A stretch of DNA of 64,000 nucleotides from assembly GCF_009834535.1 (NCBI RefSeq), contig NC_045696.1:43402001-43466000 (forward strand), given 5' to 3'. The notes under the pieces were generated by a model, which searched no databases, was not told the origin of the DNA, and saw only the letters and a program-made list of their open reading frames with translations. Every line of letters begins with the position of its first letter. The stretch's first letter is position 1. The translations under genes and the position numbers were made by a program. Source of the DNA: Camelus ferus. Lineage: Eukaryota. Below are positions 52,196-64,000 of the stretch, piece by piece.

Positions 52196-53894
52196 TCGGT
52201 TCTCACAATGTGATTTCAGAAATACTTAATACCTCTCTTTTTCCTTCGATGTTTGTACTTGTGTACTGAAGGTATTAAGTATTTTCCAAAATCCATAGTG
52301 AAAGAATAGAGAGTTAAAGAAATCAGCAGAGTAATTTTCATAATTCAAGTCTGTTGGAAACACAGAACCATAGATGAATTCACTAGAGGGATCCAGCTAG
52401 GAAATAAAATGTTGGATAATGATGCCAAGTGATTTGTACTAGAGCACAATGATGCTAAATACTGAATTTCTTACTGTCCATTGTAGAGTGAGTGTCAATT
52501 AGTATTGAATAAAAGGTGTTGGATCAGCTTGTGAAATATGTATCTGTTTAGAGCAGAAAATGAGCAACTCCCATCTTTTAGCCTGAGACATATGTATACT
52601 TTCAAAGAGAGATCATGGTGCACACCCTACAAAGAGCCAACTGAAAATTCTAACATAGAAATGCACCTGAAAATGTCCTAGATTTAGCACCATTATGGCC
52701 TTAACTTTTTTTTTTTTGCTTTTATAGTTACCATTCATTTATTAAAATATAATTAGGGTGAAATGAGTAAAAATACATAAACATGACAATAACTAACTAT
52801 AATTGTATGATTGTCACATGCTAGTCACTGTGCTAAATTATTTTATGTTGTGTTGTACTTTGAGGTATATACTTTCATTATCACTAGTTTTTCTATGAGG
52901 AATCTGTGACTTAGAAAATTTGAGTAAATTGTCTAAGGTCTACAATATTTCAAACTAAATTGTCTGACTTTGGAAGTATTTCATTTCTGTTTATTAATAT
53001 TTTAAATTACAAACACTGTTTATATAAATATTACAAAGAGTACAGATATGTTTATTGGAGAATTTTCCATCTTCAAATTCTGCTTTTCAGAAACAATTGA
53101 AGCTAAGAGTTTTGTTTTAACTCTCCAGTAATTTAACACTGCTATCTATCTAGGTAGATAACCTGCACCCCTTCCAAATCAGCATCCTGCTTTATATGTC
53201 CATGCACCAGAATTTTCCATTCTAAGCTATTATATTACTATTTTTGTAGCATATAGATTTTTTAAGGTTAAAAATACTAATATTTTGAAATGTAAAGTCC
53301 CAGAGATATTATTAAAACACTCTTACTTTTCAATATTTGTCTCCTGCTCTTCATTGGCTCTCCATTTACTTATTCCTAAATTTTTATATAGTTGTATTTA
53401 TTTAGTAGTGATTTTATGCTTGTTTAGTTGAATTTTGTCATCTGTAATTTTTTATCTCCTTCTTCCTCAGAGAAGAAGCTCTTGTGTAATTGAAAATGTC
53501 TTTTCTACTTATATTAAAAAAAAACCCATAAAACTCAAATCATACCCTTTCTCCCATTCAATTCTGTATTTACTCTACTGTCCTCTGGAAATGAATATTG
53601 TATAGAAAAGGCCAAGTTCAGAATGATATTTTAGCTGTCAGGTGCCTTGCATTTTTGGTCTGCTTACTTTCAGTTGTTTTTATTTTTACTGAAGTTCAGT
53701 AACTTTATCAAGACATACCTTAGTATAAATCACTCTATGAAATGTTTCTGATATTTAACATACCTATTCAATAAGTAATTAATTTGATAATTTTATTCAA
53801 TGTAATGTCAGCTGTTTCTTCTTCTTGTTTTCTATTTCAGGATCACTTATCATGTGAATGTCTTTGGCCATTTCTATATTGCCTCATGAGATGT

Positions 53895-54150
53895 AGCTCA
53901 GGTAACAGTTAAGTACCTACACTCAGATAAAGACCTGATTAGGTTTTAACAGTAGTTCCATCATTTAGTTGCTGTGTGACCACAGGATAATCTCTCTTGG
54001 CCTCAGTTAATCCACTGAGCTTATCCTCTGGAATGTGGAAATAATAAGATAATTTTCTTCAGAAGATTTTTGTGATGATTAAATAAATGTACAAATATAA
54101 GGTGCTTAGAACAGAGCCAAGAAAATGGTCATACTATATTGAACTTAGCT
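53895..54150 (+). mobile_element. MIR SINE within old antisense L1-like sequence
   Basis: AGTTGCTGTGTGACC..CTCTCTTGGCCTCAGTT..GTGATGATTAAAT..GTGCTTAGAACAG. Confidence 0.65.
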
Positions 54151-55183
54151 GTTAATATTTCTGCTCTTTGCTTCATCACTTTTTTTCTGTAATGACTTTT
54201 ATTCTTTTATCTATCCCTCTGTATTGTACTTGTTCTCCAAATATCTTCATACCACTACTTGTTTTAATAGCTTGTATTCTCATTCCAATATTTTCAAATT
54301 TATGAAATGGTTTTATTATTATTTTTAATCACTGAGATCTTCCAGGACAAAGTACTTTTTTTTTCTATTTATGAAAAGCTGTAAGAGCTTTAAACTTCTT
54401 GTTGCTTCTTCTGTTTAAGATATTTGTAAAAACTGTTCCTTTTCACTAATTTATTTTAGATTGTTGAGAAATGTTTGTGTAAAATATTCTTATGTTTCTA
54501 GGCCTGAAATTTACAATTCATCTATAATTTTAAATTATTCTCCACTTTAATGTGTGTGTCTTTTCATAGCTACCAACTTGGTAGCTGTAGTGAGGAGCAA
54601 GGATACTACAGGGAAACTAAGCCTCAGCTCCATAATCTTTGTCATCCTATTTTTATAAAGAACTCTGAAATTATTGACTACAAGGAAAACAAACAAACAA
54701 AAAAACTTTACTCAGGAAAAGTGTCTCTATTCAATAAATACAAATGCAATGTTTTCCTTTGTTTCTTCTTTTTGATCATTTTGAAGGATTTCAAGTGTGG
54801 GACTTGAATAAGCCTTGAATCCATCATATTTTATTCAGAGTTGCTTAAAACATTTTCTTTTCTTTTCAAAAAAACAATACATCTTCAAACTGGTAAATAG
54901 CATAGGTAATAAAAAAAGGCCTTGATCTTTCTTTTCAATGTAGTACCATAATGTGCTGTCATGTTTTTTTCAGATGGAAATAAGTGGTTAAATCCAGAAC
55001 TATGTTTTTGCCCTGCATTAAGATATAAACCTACAAATATTTACATAAAAATCAGATTGGAGACTGTCCTATGATGAATCAGAATGAATAAATGTATGTG
55101 TACTTGTATCTTTCTACCACCTGGCCTCCAGAAGCCAGACATGTGAAATGTTTATTGCTCTCACAGGAACAGTCTCAAGTACT

Positions 55184-55711
55184 TGTAGTTCTTTTTTATA
55201 GTATTAGAACCAAAAGGATGTGTATATACCTATATCTATCTCTATATCTATGTGTGTATACATACTGTTATAAGAAATTGACTCATAGGATTATGGAGGG
55301 TGGTAAATCCCAAAATCTGCAGGGTGAAAACCCAGGAGAGCTGTTACCACAGTGTCAGTCCAAAGGCTAGCTAACTTGGAAACCCTGGAGAGCCAATATT
55401 CCAGTTCAACTTTGAAGGTCATGTGTGTAGAACCAGGAAGAACCAATGTTGCAGATGAATTCAAAGGCAGTCTGCTAAAGAAATACTTTCTTGCTTGGGG
55501 GAGGCCAGACTTTTTGTTCTATTCAGTGACTCAATTGATTGGATGAGATCCATCCATATTATGGAGAGCAATCTGCTTTGCTCAAAAGCCACTGATTTAA
55601 ATGTTAATCTCATCTAAAATTGCTCTCAGAGAAATACCCAAAATAATGTTTTATCAAATATGTTGGCTTCCCATGACCCAGACAAATGGACATATAAAAT
55701 TAACCAGCACA
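55184..55711 (-). mobile_element. MLT2-family (ERVL) solo LTR
   Basis: TATAAGAAATTGACTCAT..ATTATGGAGG..CCCAAAATCTGCAG..TGATTGGATGAG..ACTGATTTAAATGTTAATCTCATC..TAAAATTAACCAGCACA; imperfect 5-bp TSD GTACT/GTAAT. Confidence 0.9.
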
Positions 55712-55906
55712 GTAATTATCTTAGGGACTGACTGAAATGAACTATCAGTTAATGAGATCCCTAATAATTAATATTTACTTATTGTGATCAATCATAAACC
55801 AATATGATAACAGTTAAGAAATAATAAAATCCCTTTCTTTCCAAAATATGGGTGTAAATTCAGTGTTAAAAAAAAAAAAGAATGAATAAAAAAGTAAAAG
55901 TCTTGT

Positions 55907-56052
55907 GGGGAGGGTATAGTTCTATGGTAGAGTGCATGCCTAGCATGCATGAGGTCCTGGGTTCAATACCCAGTACTTCCAATAAAATAAATAAATAAGT
56001 AATTAAATAAATAAATAAATCTAATTATTTTACCCCCCCCAATCTTTTTTTT
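55907..56052 (+). mobile_element. tRNA-derived SINE, camelid Vic-1 type
   Basis: GGGGAGGGTATAGTTCTATGGTAGAGTGCATGCCTAGCATGCATGAGGTCCTGGGTTCAATACCCAGTAC (A and B boxes), (AAAT)n tail, CTAATTA..CCCCCCCC; imperfect TSD AAAGTAAAAGTCTTGT / AAAGTAAAGTCTGT. Confidence 0.9.
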
Positions 56053-56689
56053 AAAGTAAAGTCTGTATATGACATCATCCCATTTACAAATAGTTCTTCT
56101 GAAAATTGGCAGTTAAGTTCTGACTGTGCGGGAGTAAAGTCTATTATGTAAAGAGTTAACAACTGATACATAAACAGCTTCAAAAAAGACATTTCCTCAA
56201 AAATTTAGACAACTGAATTTATTGTTCAAAATCAACATGTCCTTTATTAAATTCATTGTGTTTGACTTACTATTTTCCAATTTGAAAACTTGATTAAAAA
56301 TGAAATTATAATTTTTAAAGACTTGGAGAAAGTTTTTCTTTTATCTTGAAATCCCAGCTGCTAACTTTTAGACCATCTAGCCAATTTACAAGTGAACTAG
56401 TTTCTAAATGTGTTTTTTTAACATCATGAGATAAACACACAGCTGATTGTCATTTATTTTTATGATATTAATGGTTGATTACTATACAATCAATTGGATC
56501 CAGTTGACCTAATGTCAAGTTGGCAGCTAAGCCATCTGGAAAAGTGCTTTTCTATTTTCAGGGTCTGGTATCAGAAGTATTTGGAGAAAGCACTGGGAAT
56601 GTCTTTCATTCAGCTCTTCTGAGGTTCATTTTTCAGACTATTCCTTTGGGATATTCAGATAATGAGGTGTTAATAAAGCACTGGGTTCC

Positions 56690-56945
56690 TTGTCAACTCT
56701 TACATAGTGCTTACTATGTGCTGAACACTTGTCTGAGTACTTTTATATAGTAATATTCTTAATCCTCACAGTAAATCTATGAGCTATGTATGTTCTCATG
56801 CCCATTTTAAAGACTGAGGTAAATGAGGCACAGAAGGTTAACTAATTTTTCCAAGTTCATTGTGGTAGTAAGAGATGGAAGCATGATTCACACCCACATA
56901 ATCTGGCTACTCAGTCCATGTTCTTAACCACTTCAGTTTACTGCT
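56690..56945 (-). mobile_element. MIR SINE
   Basis: GTGCTTACTATGTGC, TTAATCCTCACAG, CCCATTTTAAAGACTGAGGTAAATGAGGCACAGAAGGTTAA, TCTTAACCACT. Confidence 0.85.
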
Positions 56946-57039
56946 TCTACATTATAGGAATTCATGCAACATTATTGCTAATTGTTCATACTATATGTTA
57001 AAGAGCTTATTCAGTATGGCATAAGATGAAAATATACAA

Positions 57040-57370
57040 AAATAAAGATGCCTCTATGGTGGAAAAGATAAATTCATATCCATATATAGCAGGAAAATGC
57101 AAAATAAAACCTCAAAGAGAAGCTGTAGTATATCCACCATGAGACTGGAAAATTTTTAAGTGTAATATCATCAAGGGATAGCAAGGATGTGGTAAAACCA
57201 GAAAATGTATACACTTTTGACAGATGTTAAATAGTGTAAATCCAATAAAAAACAGTTTGACCTGTTTATTAAAATTAGATATACATACACTTTCTGTGTC
57301 TGCCTTTGACAGCTGACCAGCAATCTCATCCCTAACTGTAAGGCCTAAAGAAACTCTTGCATTTACTGGC
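57040..57370 (+). mobile_element. Old L1 (L1ME-like) fragment
   Basis: AGGAAAATGCAAAATAAAACC..GCAAGGATGTGG..TGACCAGCAAT..CCTAAAGAAACTCTTGCA. Confidence 0.65.
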
Positions 57371-60300
57371 ATTACTTTCCAATTTTTCTCCATCAAAATT
57401 CCAATTTAATGAAATCAGCAGAATTTTGTTGTTGTTGTTTTTTGGGGAGGGTGCCAGAAATCCTCCTTTCTGAAGTTTCCAGGTGGTCTTTTTCTGGAAG
57501 ACAGATTGTGGTTTGCCTCCCTGGTACAGTAGGTACAGGAAGACTGACTGCTAACAGCTTTGTTATCTTCCAATGTTGTGTTTGGACAGTTAACTTATTC
57601 TGTGGCAGAGTAGCTTCTGGATCCTACATCAGGAGATTTTTCTCTAACTCTAGCATTCTACTTAATGTTAACAAAAATGCTGCCTTTCTAAACACTGCTC
57701 ATGTTCTTTTAAAAATGTCTTCCTCTAACTTCACATTTAAGACAGCCTTTCTACAGTACCAAAAAATAGCATGTTTTATGGGAAAAGGGTGACTTTTAAA
57801 AATGGTTGTCAGACAATACCTATTAATTCCAAGCCATGTGCTCACTTATGAAACCACTTTATTGAACACTTAAAAGGTAATTTTTGTATGGGAAATTTTA
57901 AGCATTTTCCAGTAACCCTATGGATTATTATAGTATTAGTATGAACTAAATGAAAAAATCGAAAAATAAAGGGGACGATTTTTTTTACACATAACAAAGT
58001 ACGAATTAAACATCACACTTACTGGATTTTAATTTTTAACCTACAACTGAAAAATTGTGGTGACTGTAGAGTAGAATGAAAGAGCACAGAGTATAGAGTG
58101 AGAAGATAAACATTCAACGTCTGCTTTTGTGGCTTGGGCATTTCTGAGCTAAAGCCATAAAATAATGGCAAAGAAACCAATCACATAAGGTGTACATATA
58201 AGCCAAAATAATTTGAAAATTAGAAGTACTATACAGTTATATTAAGAATTATTGGCCAAATGAGAACATGAGTTATACTACAAAGAAGTGCTTGTTTTAT
58301 ATTCAACATTTCCTATCTTTTGTTTTCCTAGGTATAGACTAGCAGTAGGTCAGAGCTTTAAAATGTGCTACAAGTCATGAAAACTTGAAAGTTTGAATAA
58401 GTGGGAATAGCATAAAATTTACTTAATAATGGCATGTGCTGTATATAACTCAGAAGTTCAAGTTTTCATGACTTTGAAATATAAAAAATACATGATGGGG
58501 ATAGTGGATAGTAGGGGGAAAGACAGGTGTGTGATAGAGTAAGCATGCTAATTAGCTCAGGTAGTATGTATATTAGTTATCATTATACAATTATTTCAAC
58601 TCTTCTGGATATTTGAAAATTTTCATAACAAAATGTTGGAGGGAAAAGGAATATGTAGCACTTACGGGTGTTGAACTAGCCTTTGTTCTGACTGAGGTCT
58701 TGAAAGATAGCTTTCCAGGAGAGAATGGCTGAAAGACACGAGGTGACCTTCCTTTCAGGGAGTAGGGAAAAAAATAATAAAAATAATGTATGTGCTCTTA
58801 TATTCCTGAATGCCTGGAAAATATCACAGATATTATAAGCTATCTTTGGGGTACAGAAATTTTGAATAGCTTAAGTTAATGAGTGGGCCTTATAAACTTA
58901 AAGGAATGTAGGAGAATTCTACAGAAATTTTAACTCAGTTTAAGGCTTTGCAGTCATCAATTAATCCATATTCTATCTGTTTTAAAAATTCATTGCCTGT
59001 TTAAAAGATGCATACATTTAATGCCCTTTAAATCATCCTTGCAAATCACTACTAGACACTTTGCCTATAACATATAATTATACCAGGAGGTTCAACTTAC
59101 ATTTTGTCTAAAATCATAAGTACAGTTACATATCCTAAAAGTGAAAAAATGAAAAGGATAGGAAAATAATCTACCTAAATAAACTGAAGAAAGGAGAAGA
59201 GGGAGGAAGGTAGGGAAAATAAATGAAAGAAAGGAAAAGAAATAGTAGATTCTTCCCAAAATTAATTGAAGTGACAAACTTTAGTAATGTTCAAATGGGT
59301 AAACAATTTAATGATTTCATTTTGGGTACATATTCAATTTAAGGCTCAAACTCTGTATTGAGTATCTTTATACTTTTTTACCTCCCCTCACCATATTTCC
59401 CCTTAAAATATTTTTAAAAGTCGGTTTTTGTATATCAGGCCAAGGTAGTATTCTACAGTGATGGGTTAGGTTATCTGGTTCCCATGTGATTCTCTATCTC
59501 AGGCTGTTCTTGAACCTTGACTCATGACACTTGACCTCTCTTTTTGCTATGCTACAACCTATCAGCTGAAGTATCCACGACTGTTGTGACAGTTCTCTTG
59601 GCATGTTCAGGACTTTTTTTCTTTGCCCTTCCAACCCCAACTTTAAGATTGACTAGGCCCACCTCCATCATGATAGTGGAGACTCTCTGGAATCCACGAG
59701 GCCTGGGCCTCATCCCACCCCTGGCTTCTGGAGCTATTGACCCTGCAGCTACTGTTGTGGGATCACCTCCTCATCACCAAAGCAACACTATGGCAGGTGC
59801 ATGGGTTTTTTATGCTTAGTCATCTTTTACTCACAAGTGTGGTATAATTCCTATTCCTCACAGAGACCTAAGTGCCTGACAAACTCACTCTATCTTACGT
59901 GAAACACTTTGTGATGCTGTTTCTTCCAGAATCCTAAATGAGAAGACCACATGCCAATTTGCTTTTAGCTTCCTCTTAAACTGACGTTTCCATCCTCTCA
60001 GCGATTTCCACATTCCCTTTGTGGACCAAAGCTTATGAGTAAAAAAGTGATAAAAGTCTGGTTTTCTGATAAATATAGATAACTGTTTTTTTGTTTGGTT
60101 TTTTTTTGTCTTTGTTTTTGTTTAACCATCCAAAACTCGCTACTCACCTCATCAGCAAAGATCCTTTTCTTCTTTTATTTCTAAGCAGAACCCATCCACT
60201 TTCTCTATGGAGTAACAGAGTATCAAGGTCTTGTTTTAAGAGTGGGAAGACTGAAAAAAAAGGGCAAAAAATTGTTAAGGGAAATATATCCAGTGATTAC

Positions 60301-60559
60301 ACAAAACATTAACACTACTACTAAATTATTTATACTATATGCTATGGTTTATAAAAATAAAAGCAAACAATTGATAGAGATTCCCATTACAAAACTATTA
60401 TGTGCTAATCTTAGCTTCTATTTTCTACATATTCACATCAACATACTACAGACTACAAAACATAAGTCAATTTAAATTATCAATAATATAGGTACTAATT
60501 CAAAATCCCATAACTCAATATACTATTCCTATAGTGCTGACAAAACCCAAGATTAAACC

Positions 60560-61135
60560 TATGAATTCCACTATATGGTTCTGGTCATTGCTTCCTTACC
60601 AACGAACATGTTATACTTTCCATTAAAACATAAACTTACCAAAGTTGCTTATGCACTTGTTCTATGATTCAGCAATTCTACTTTTAGACTTACACCCAAA
60701 GGAAATGCACACTTCGGTTGATTAAAAGACATGTACACATTTTTCTTATCAGCTTTATTCCTGATGGCTAAAAACTAGAAATAACCCAAATGCAGATGAG
60801 TGATAAAAAATGGATATGCCACAACGTGATGAATCTCACAGGTATTATGTTTAAAGCAAGTAAAAAACCACCTTACTCTGTGATTCCACTTGTATGAAGT
60901 TCAAAAACAGATATAGCTAATTTACGGTCATAGGGGACAGAACATGTGTTATTTCCCATATGTTAGGAAAGAACACAAACAAGCCTTTTTTCAATGCTAG
61001 GCATGTTCCATAGCTTGATAGGCAGAGGTTACATGGAGTATCCAAATATATAAAAACCATCAGAGTAAATGCTTACCAATTTATGAATTTTGCACACTTC
61101 ACTATACTAATGTTACACACTGCTCCTCCAAAAAA
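60560..61135 (+). mobile_element. Old L1 (L1ME-like) 3' fragment
   Basis: TATGATTCAGCAATTCTACTT..AAAAGACATGTAC..GCAGATGAGTG..GATGAATCTCACA..TACTCTGTGATTCCACTT..AAGTTCAAAAACAG. Confidence 0.7.
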
Positions 61136-62443
61136 ATGTATGTGCAAGCAATAAGTTTTAAACCTATGTGTTTCTTTGGAGGAATATAGTGAATTATAAA
61201 AGAGTTCATGACAAAGTATTAGCCTTTTTCCCTAAAGGGTTAATTAACTTTACTAGCATAATCATATTAGTATCTGAATTTTTTTGTTAACTTCCTCTTT
61301 CCCTTTAGATGTTATTAATGTCAAGAGGACTGACATGTAAGGCTAAATAATTCAGAGTGTTTAGATACATTCTTAACCTTATTGTACTTGAGAGCAAAGC
61401 ATATGGAAATTTCAGAGTCCTTGGGGGTAGTGGATCTGTACTACAAAACGTTGCTCTTTACATGTTCCAGCTGTGTAAGCTTAAGCACATCTTTTAACCT
61501 CCCTGAGTATCATTTAGGTTTCTTATCTGTAAAACTGAATACTTACATGAATATGTATAATATCTATTGCACAGGGCCATTTGAGTTAAAAGGAATCAGA
61601 TTAAATGATGCCTAATAGACCAAATGATAAAATGAGTTACTTAACATGTAGTCAGTTTTGTATTCTTTGTTAAATATCACCGCTTAATATTTTCAGACAG
61701 AAGTGAAGCGATGAGGATAAGAGTGGAGGTGAGGGTGAGAGTAGATGGAAAGATAATAAAACTGAGCTTCTACTCTTTGTCCTTTTACAATCAATTAGTC
61801 ATAGTGAAACTAGGACACTTATGTCTATCATTAAATATACAGCAAAATAATTATACAATGAGTGATACAAAGCAGAGGGTGATTAGCTTAGAAGAGCATC
61901 TCTCCTTTGGGGCTCAGGAAAGATCATGTGAGGGGAAAATACATCTGAGGCAGTCTTTTGAATATAATAGATGTTTACACAGATGCATTATGTAAACAGT
62001 TTATAATGTAGGAATGCACATCTCTAGGAAGCATATGATTAGTTTAAATTTAGCATAAATATTTAACATATATAATGAATAGCAGAAAGTAAAGTGGAAA
62101 TTATGTAGGTCACAGAAATATTGTAAAATAACAAGAGTTCCATATTTTGTCATTGGAAAAAATAGGTCCATACATTTTTGTAAATTAAGTAATAGGAAAT
62201 ATTATCATTTTCCCTCCTTCACTACAGAATTTATAGTAAGACTATTACTTACAAATACAGTAAAATATTAATAGCAGTAATGAGGATGCAAAACAATCAT
62301 TTTTAAAATTCGTAAGAATGTAAGCAATTCTTCCTATGAATTCAAGACAATATCTATATCTTTTTAAAAATAGTTTTCTTCATTTCTGTATCCAGATTAA
62401 TGAATAGTCTCTGGATAGGATATGATGAGAAAAAAGTGTTAAT

Positions 62444-62688
62444 CGCTGTAGACAATGTTTGTGTCCTGCCAAAATTCATATCCTGAAACCTAATTTCCAC
62501 TGTGATGGTATCTGGAGGTGGGGCTTTTGGGAGATGACGATTTGGTCATGAAGGCAGAGCCCCCATACATGGGATTAGTGACCTTGATCTTGGATTTCCC
62601 AGCCTCCAGAACTGTGAGGAAATAAATGTTTGTTGTTTAAGGCATGTAGTCTATGGTATTTTGTTATAGCAGCCCAAACAAACTAATT
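62444..62688 (+). mobile_element. MLT1A-family LTR with an internal deletion
   Basis: AATGTTTGTGTCCTGCCAAAATTCATA..GGGATTAGTG|ACCTTGATCTTGGATTTCCCAGCCTCCAGAACTGTGAG..GTTATAGCAGCCCAAAC. Confidence 0.9.
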
Positions 62689-63472
62689 TAGCTGCTAAAA
62701 TTAAGAGACTTACTGCCTGGACACTCCTTTGGGCTCAAATATGATTCTCAAATTTCTAGGCAGATCCTATTCAGCAACAGGATTGTGGGGACAAAGACCT
62801 CAAGATTCACATATTGAGACAGATAGGACTCTGCTTTCCTCTGGAGCCCTGGCAATAATAACAGCAGCTGAAAACTCCCATCTCTTCTCTGATCTGCCTT
62901 TTTCCTTCTTGCCTTCGTCTCTACCCTACTATCATTTCCATTCTCCCCGCTCCCTCTTCCACCCTGTCTCCACACACACAAACACATGCACCCATATTTT
63001 GGCAGGAGGTAGTATAACTGACATTTGATATTTGCTCAACATATCTAAAAACATAGCTTAGCATCAAAACTTAAATTTAACTGCTTTCTTTAAAGTTAAC
63101 ATCTTGTTTATTGAAAAACTGTCAATGCTTTCCTCCAAGTTAGAAATACTCTCTTAAAATAATGGTTTACTGAGAAAATCCTATAGATGTTCAACAGTAG
63201 AAGTATGTATAGTGTTGCTGCAATTCAACTATTTATGAGCAATTCCTGATGAGAATTTCTCAGTCTGATCTAAAAGCAGTAATGGTAATTAATTTTCTTT
63301 CTTATACAGAGACTGAAAAGATGCTGTAGAACATCTTGAAAACGAGTGATTTGAAATGCCTTACTAACATGGCCACAGGTTAATACTAAGAAAAAAAAAG
63401 AATTTTTGACAATGAAAATGACAATATTTCTGTTATTTCTTCTTGTTACCTTAATCAAAGCTATACTACCTC

Positions 63473-63642
63473 CATAGATGAATCTAAGTTTTTGAGACTT
63501 GAGGTTTTATAAAAATTGTTGGACTCTCTATAAGAATACAGAATTATAAATAGAAAATTAGGTACATGGCCTTAGAAGGGCCTGTACAAGTGAGAGATTT
63601 TAAAGCTTAAATTTTGTTAGACTCAGAACAAATTCATCCCAG
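63473..63642. mobile_element. MER115/Zaphod-like hAT-Tip100 fossil
   Basis: AAGAATACAGAATTATAAATAGAAAATTAGGTAC..GGGCCTGTACAAGTGAG..AAGCTTAA resembles recalled Zaphod/MER115 ends. Confidence 0.55.
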
Positions 63643-64000
63643 CACTCTATCAAGAATGTGAGAAACTCATTTCTGACTACACACAAAATTGTGCTAAGGT
63701 TTTCTTAGCTTTCCTCTGATCAAAAAATTTTGAAGAAGCCTGTAAACTAATAATACACTTCATTTTGGAGGATAGAGGACTCCTGACCACTAAGAATATG
63801 AATCTAAAATTTTAAAGGTGAAATGGTATGTATTTCATTTTGTATCCTAACCTTACACAGTATCAGTGTTCTTACCATTCATCTCTTTTTTTATTTTTAA
63901 AAATAGTTTTCAACATATTTCAATAAATACAAAGTACATTTCCTTTCAGATGACTTTTTAATTTATTGTTCTTAGTTGTGTGTGAACTCTATTCATTATC

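Noticed and set aside
55907..55980. tRNA gene
   Set aside because: The tRNA-like head is diverged and followed by an A-rich tail and TSD, so it is a SINE
57409..57792. 127-aa ORF as a protein-coding gene
   Set aside because: No recognisable domain; the N-terminal Cys run comes from a (TTG)n tract; composition is typical of a chance ORF
63310..63378. Plus-strand exon candidate (ttttctttcttatacag|AGACTG...CAG|gttaat)
   Set aside because: Weak donor and stops in all three frames

Overview
AT-rich, CpG-depleted mammalian non-coding DNA (intergenic or deep intronic). It is most likely camelid (camel/alpaca/llama), because a tRNA-derived SINE at 55907-56052 matches the camelid Vic-1-type SINE as I recall it, and I saw no ruminant Bov-A/BovB or primate Alu elements. 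No intact protein-coding gene is supported: the recognisable ORFs in the track are decayed L1 ORF1/ORF2 or Tigger2 transposase, and the rest look like chance ORFs. The window is a layered transposon record. Ancient elements: L2, MIR, MER102/103/115-type. hAT and Tigger MITEs: MER2B, MER5A, MER58A. Solo LTRs: MLT1A/C/H/J, MLT2 and a MER41-like ERV1 LTR. Larger or younger elements: a 5'-truncated Tigger2 and young L1 3' ends with target-site duplications (TSDs). The most notable structures are (i) a 5'UTR-to-tail L1 with two large internal deletions nested inside an older L1, (ii) a 79-bp L1 insertion with a 22-bp twin-priming inversion, (iii) the MER41-like LTR with near-GAS and AP-1 motifs, (iv) two unexplained inverted repeats, and (v) a speculative set of in-phase minus-strand exon candidates. 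I found no convincing novel biological system. Repeat family names come from recalled consensus sequences, not from a database search.
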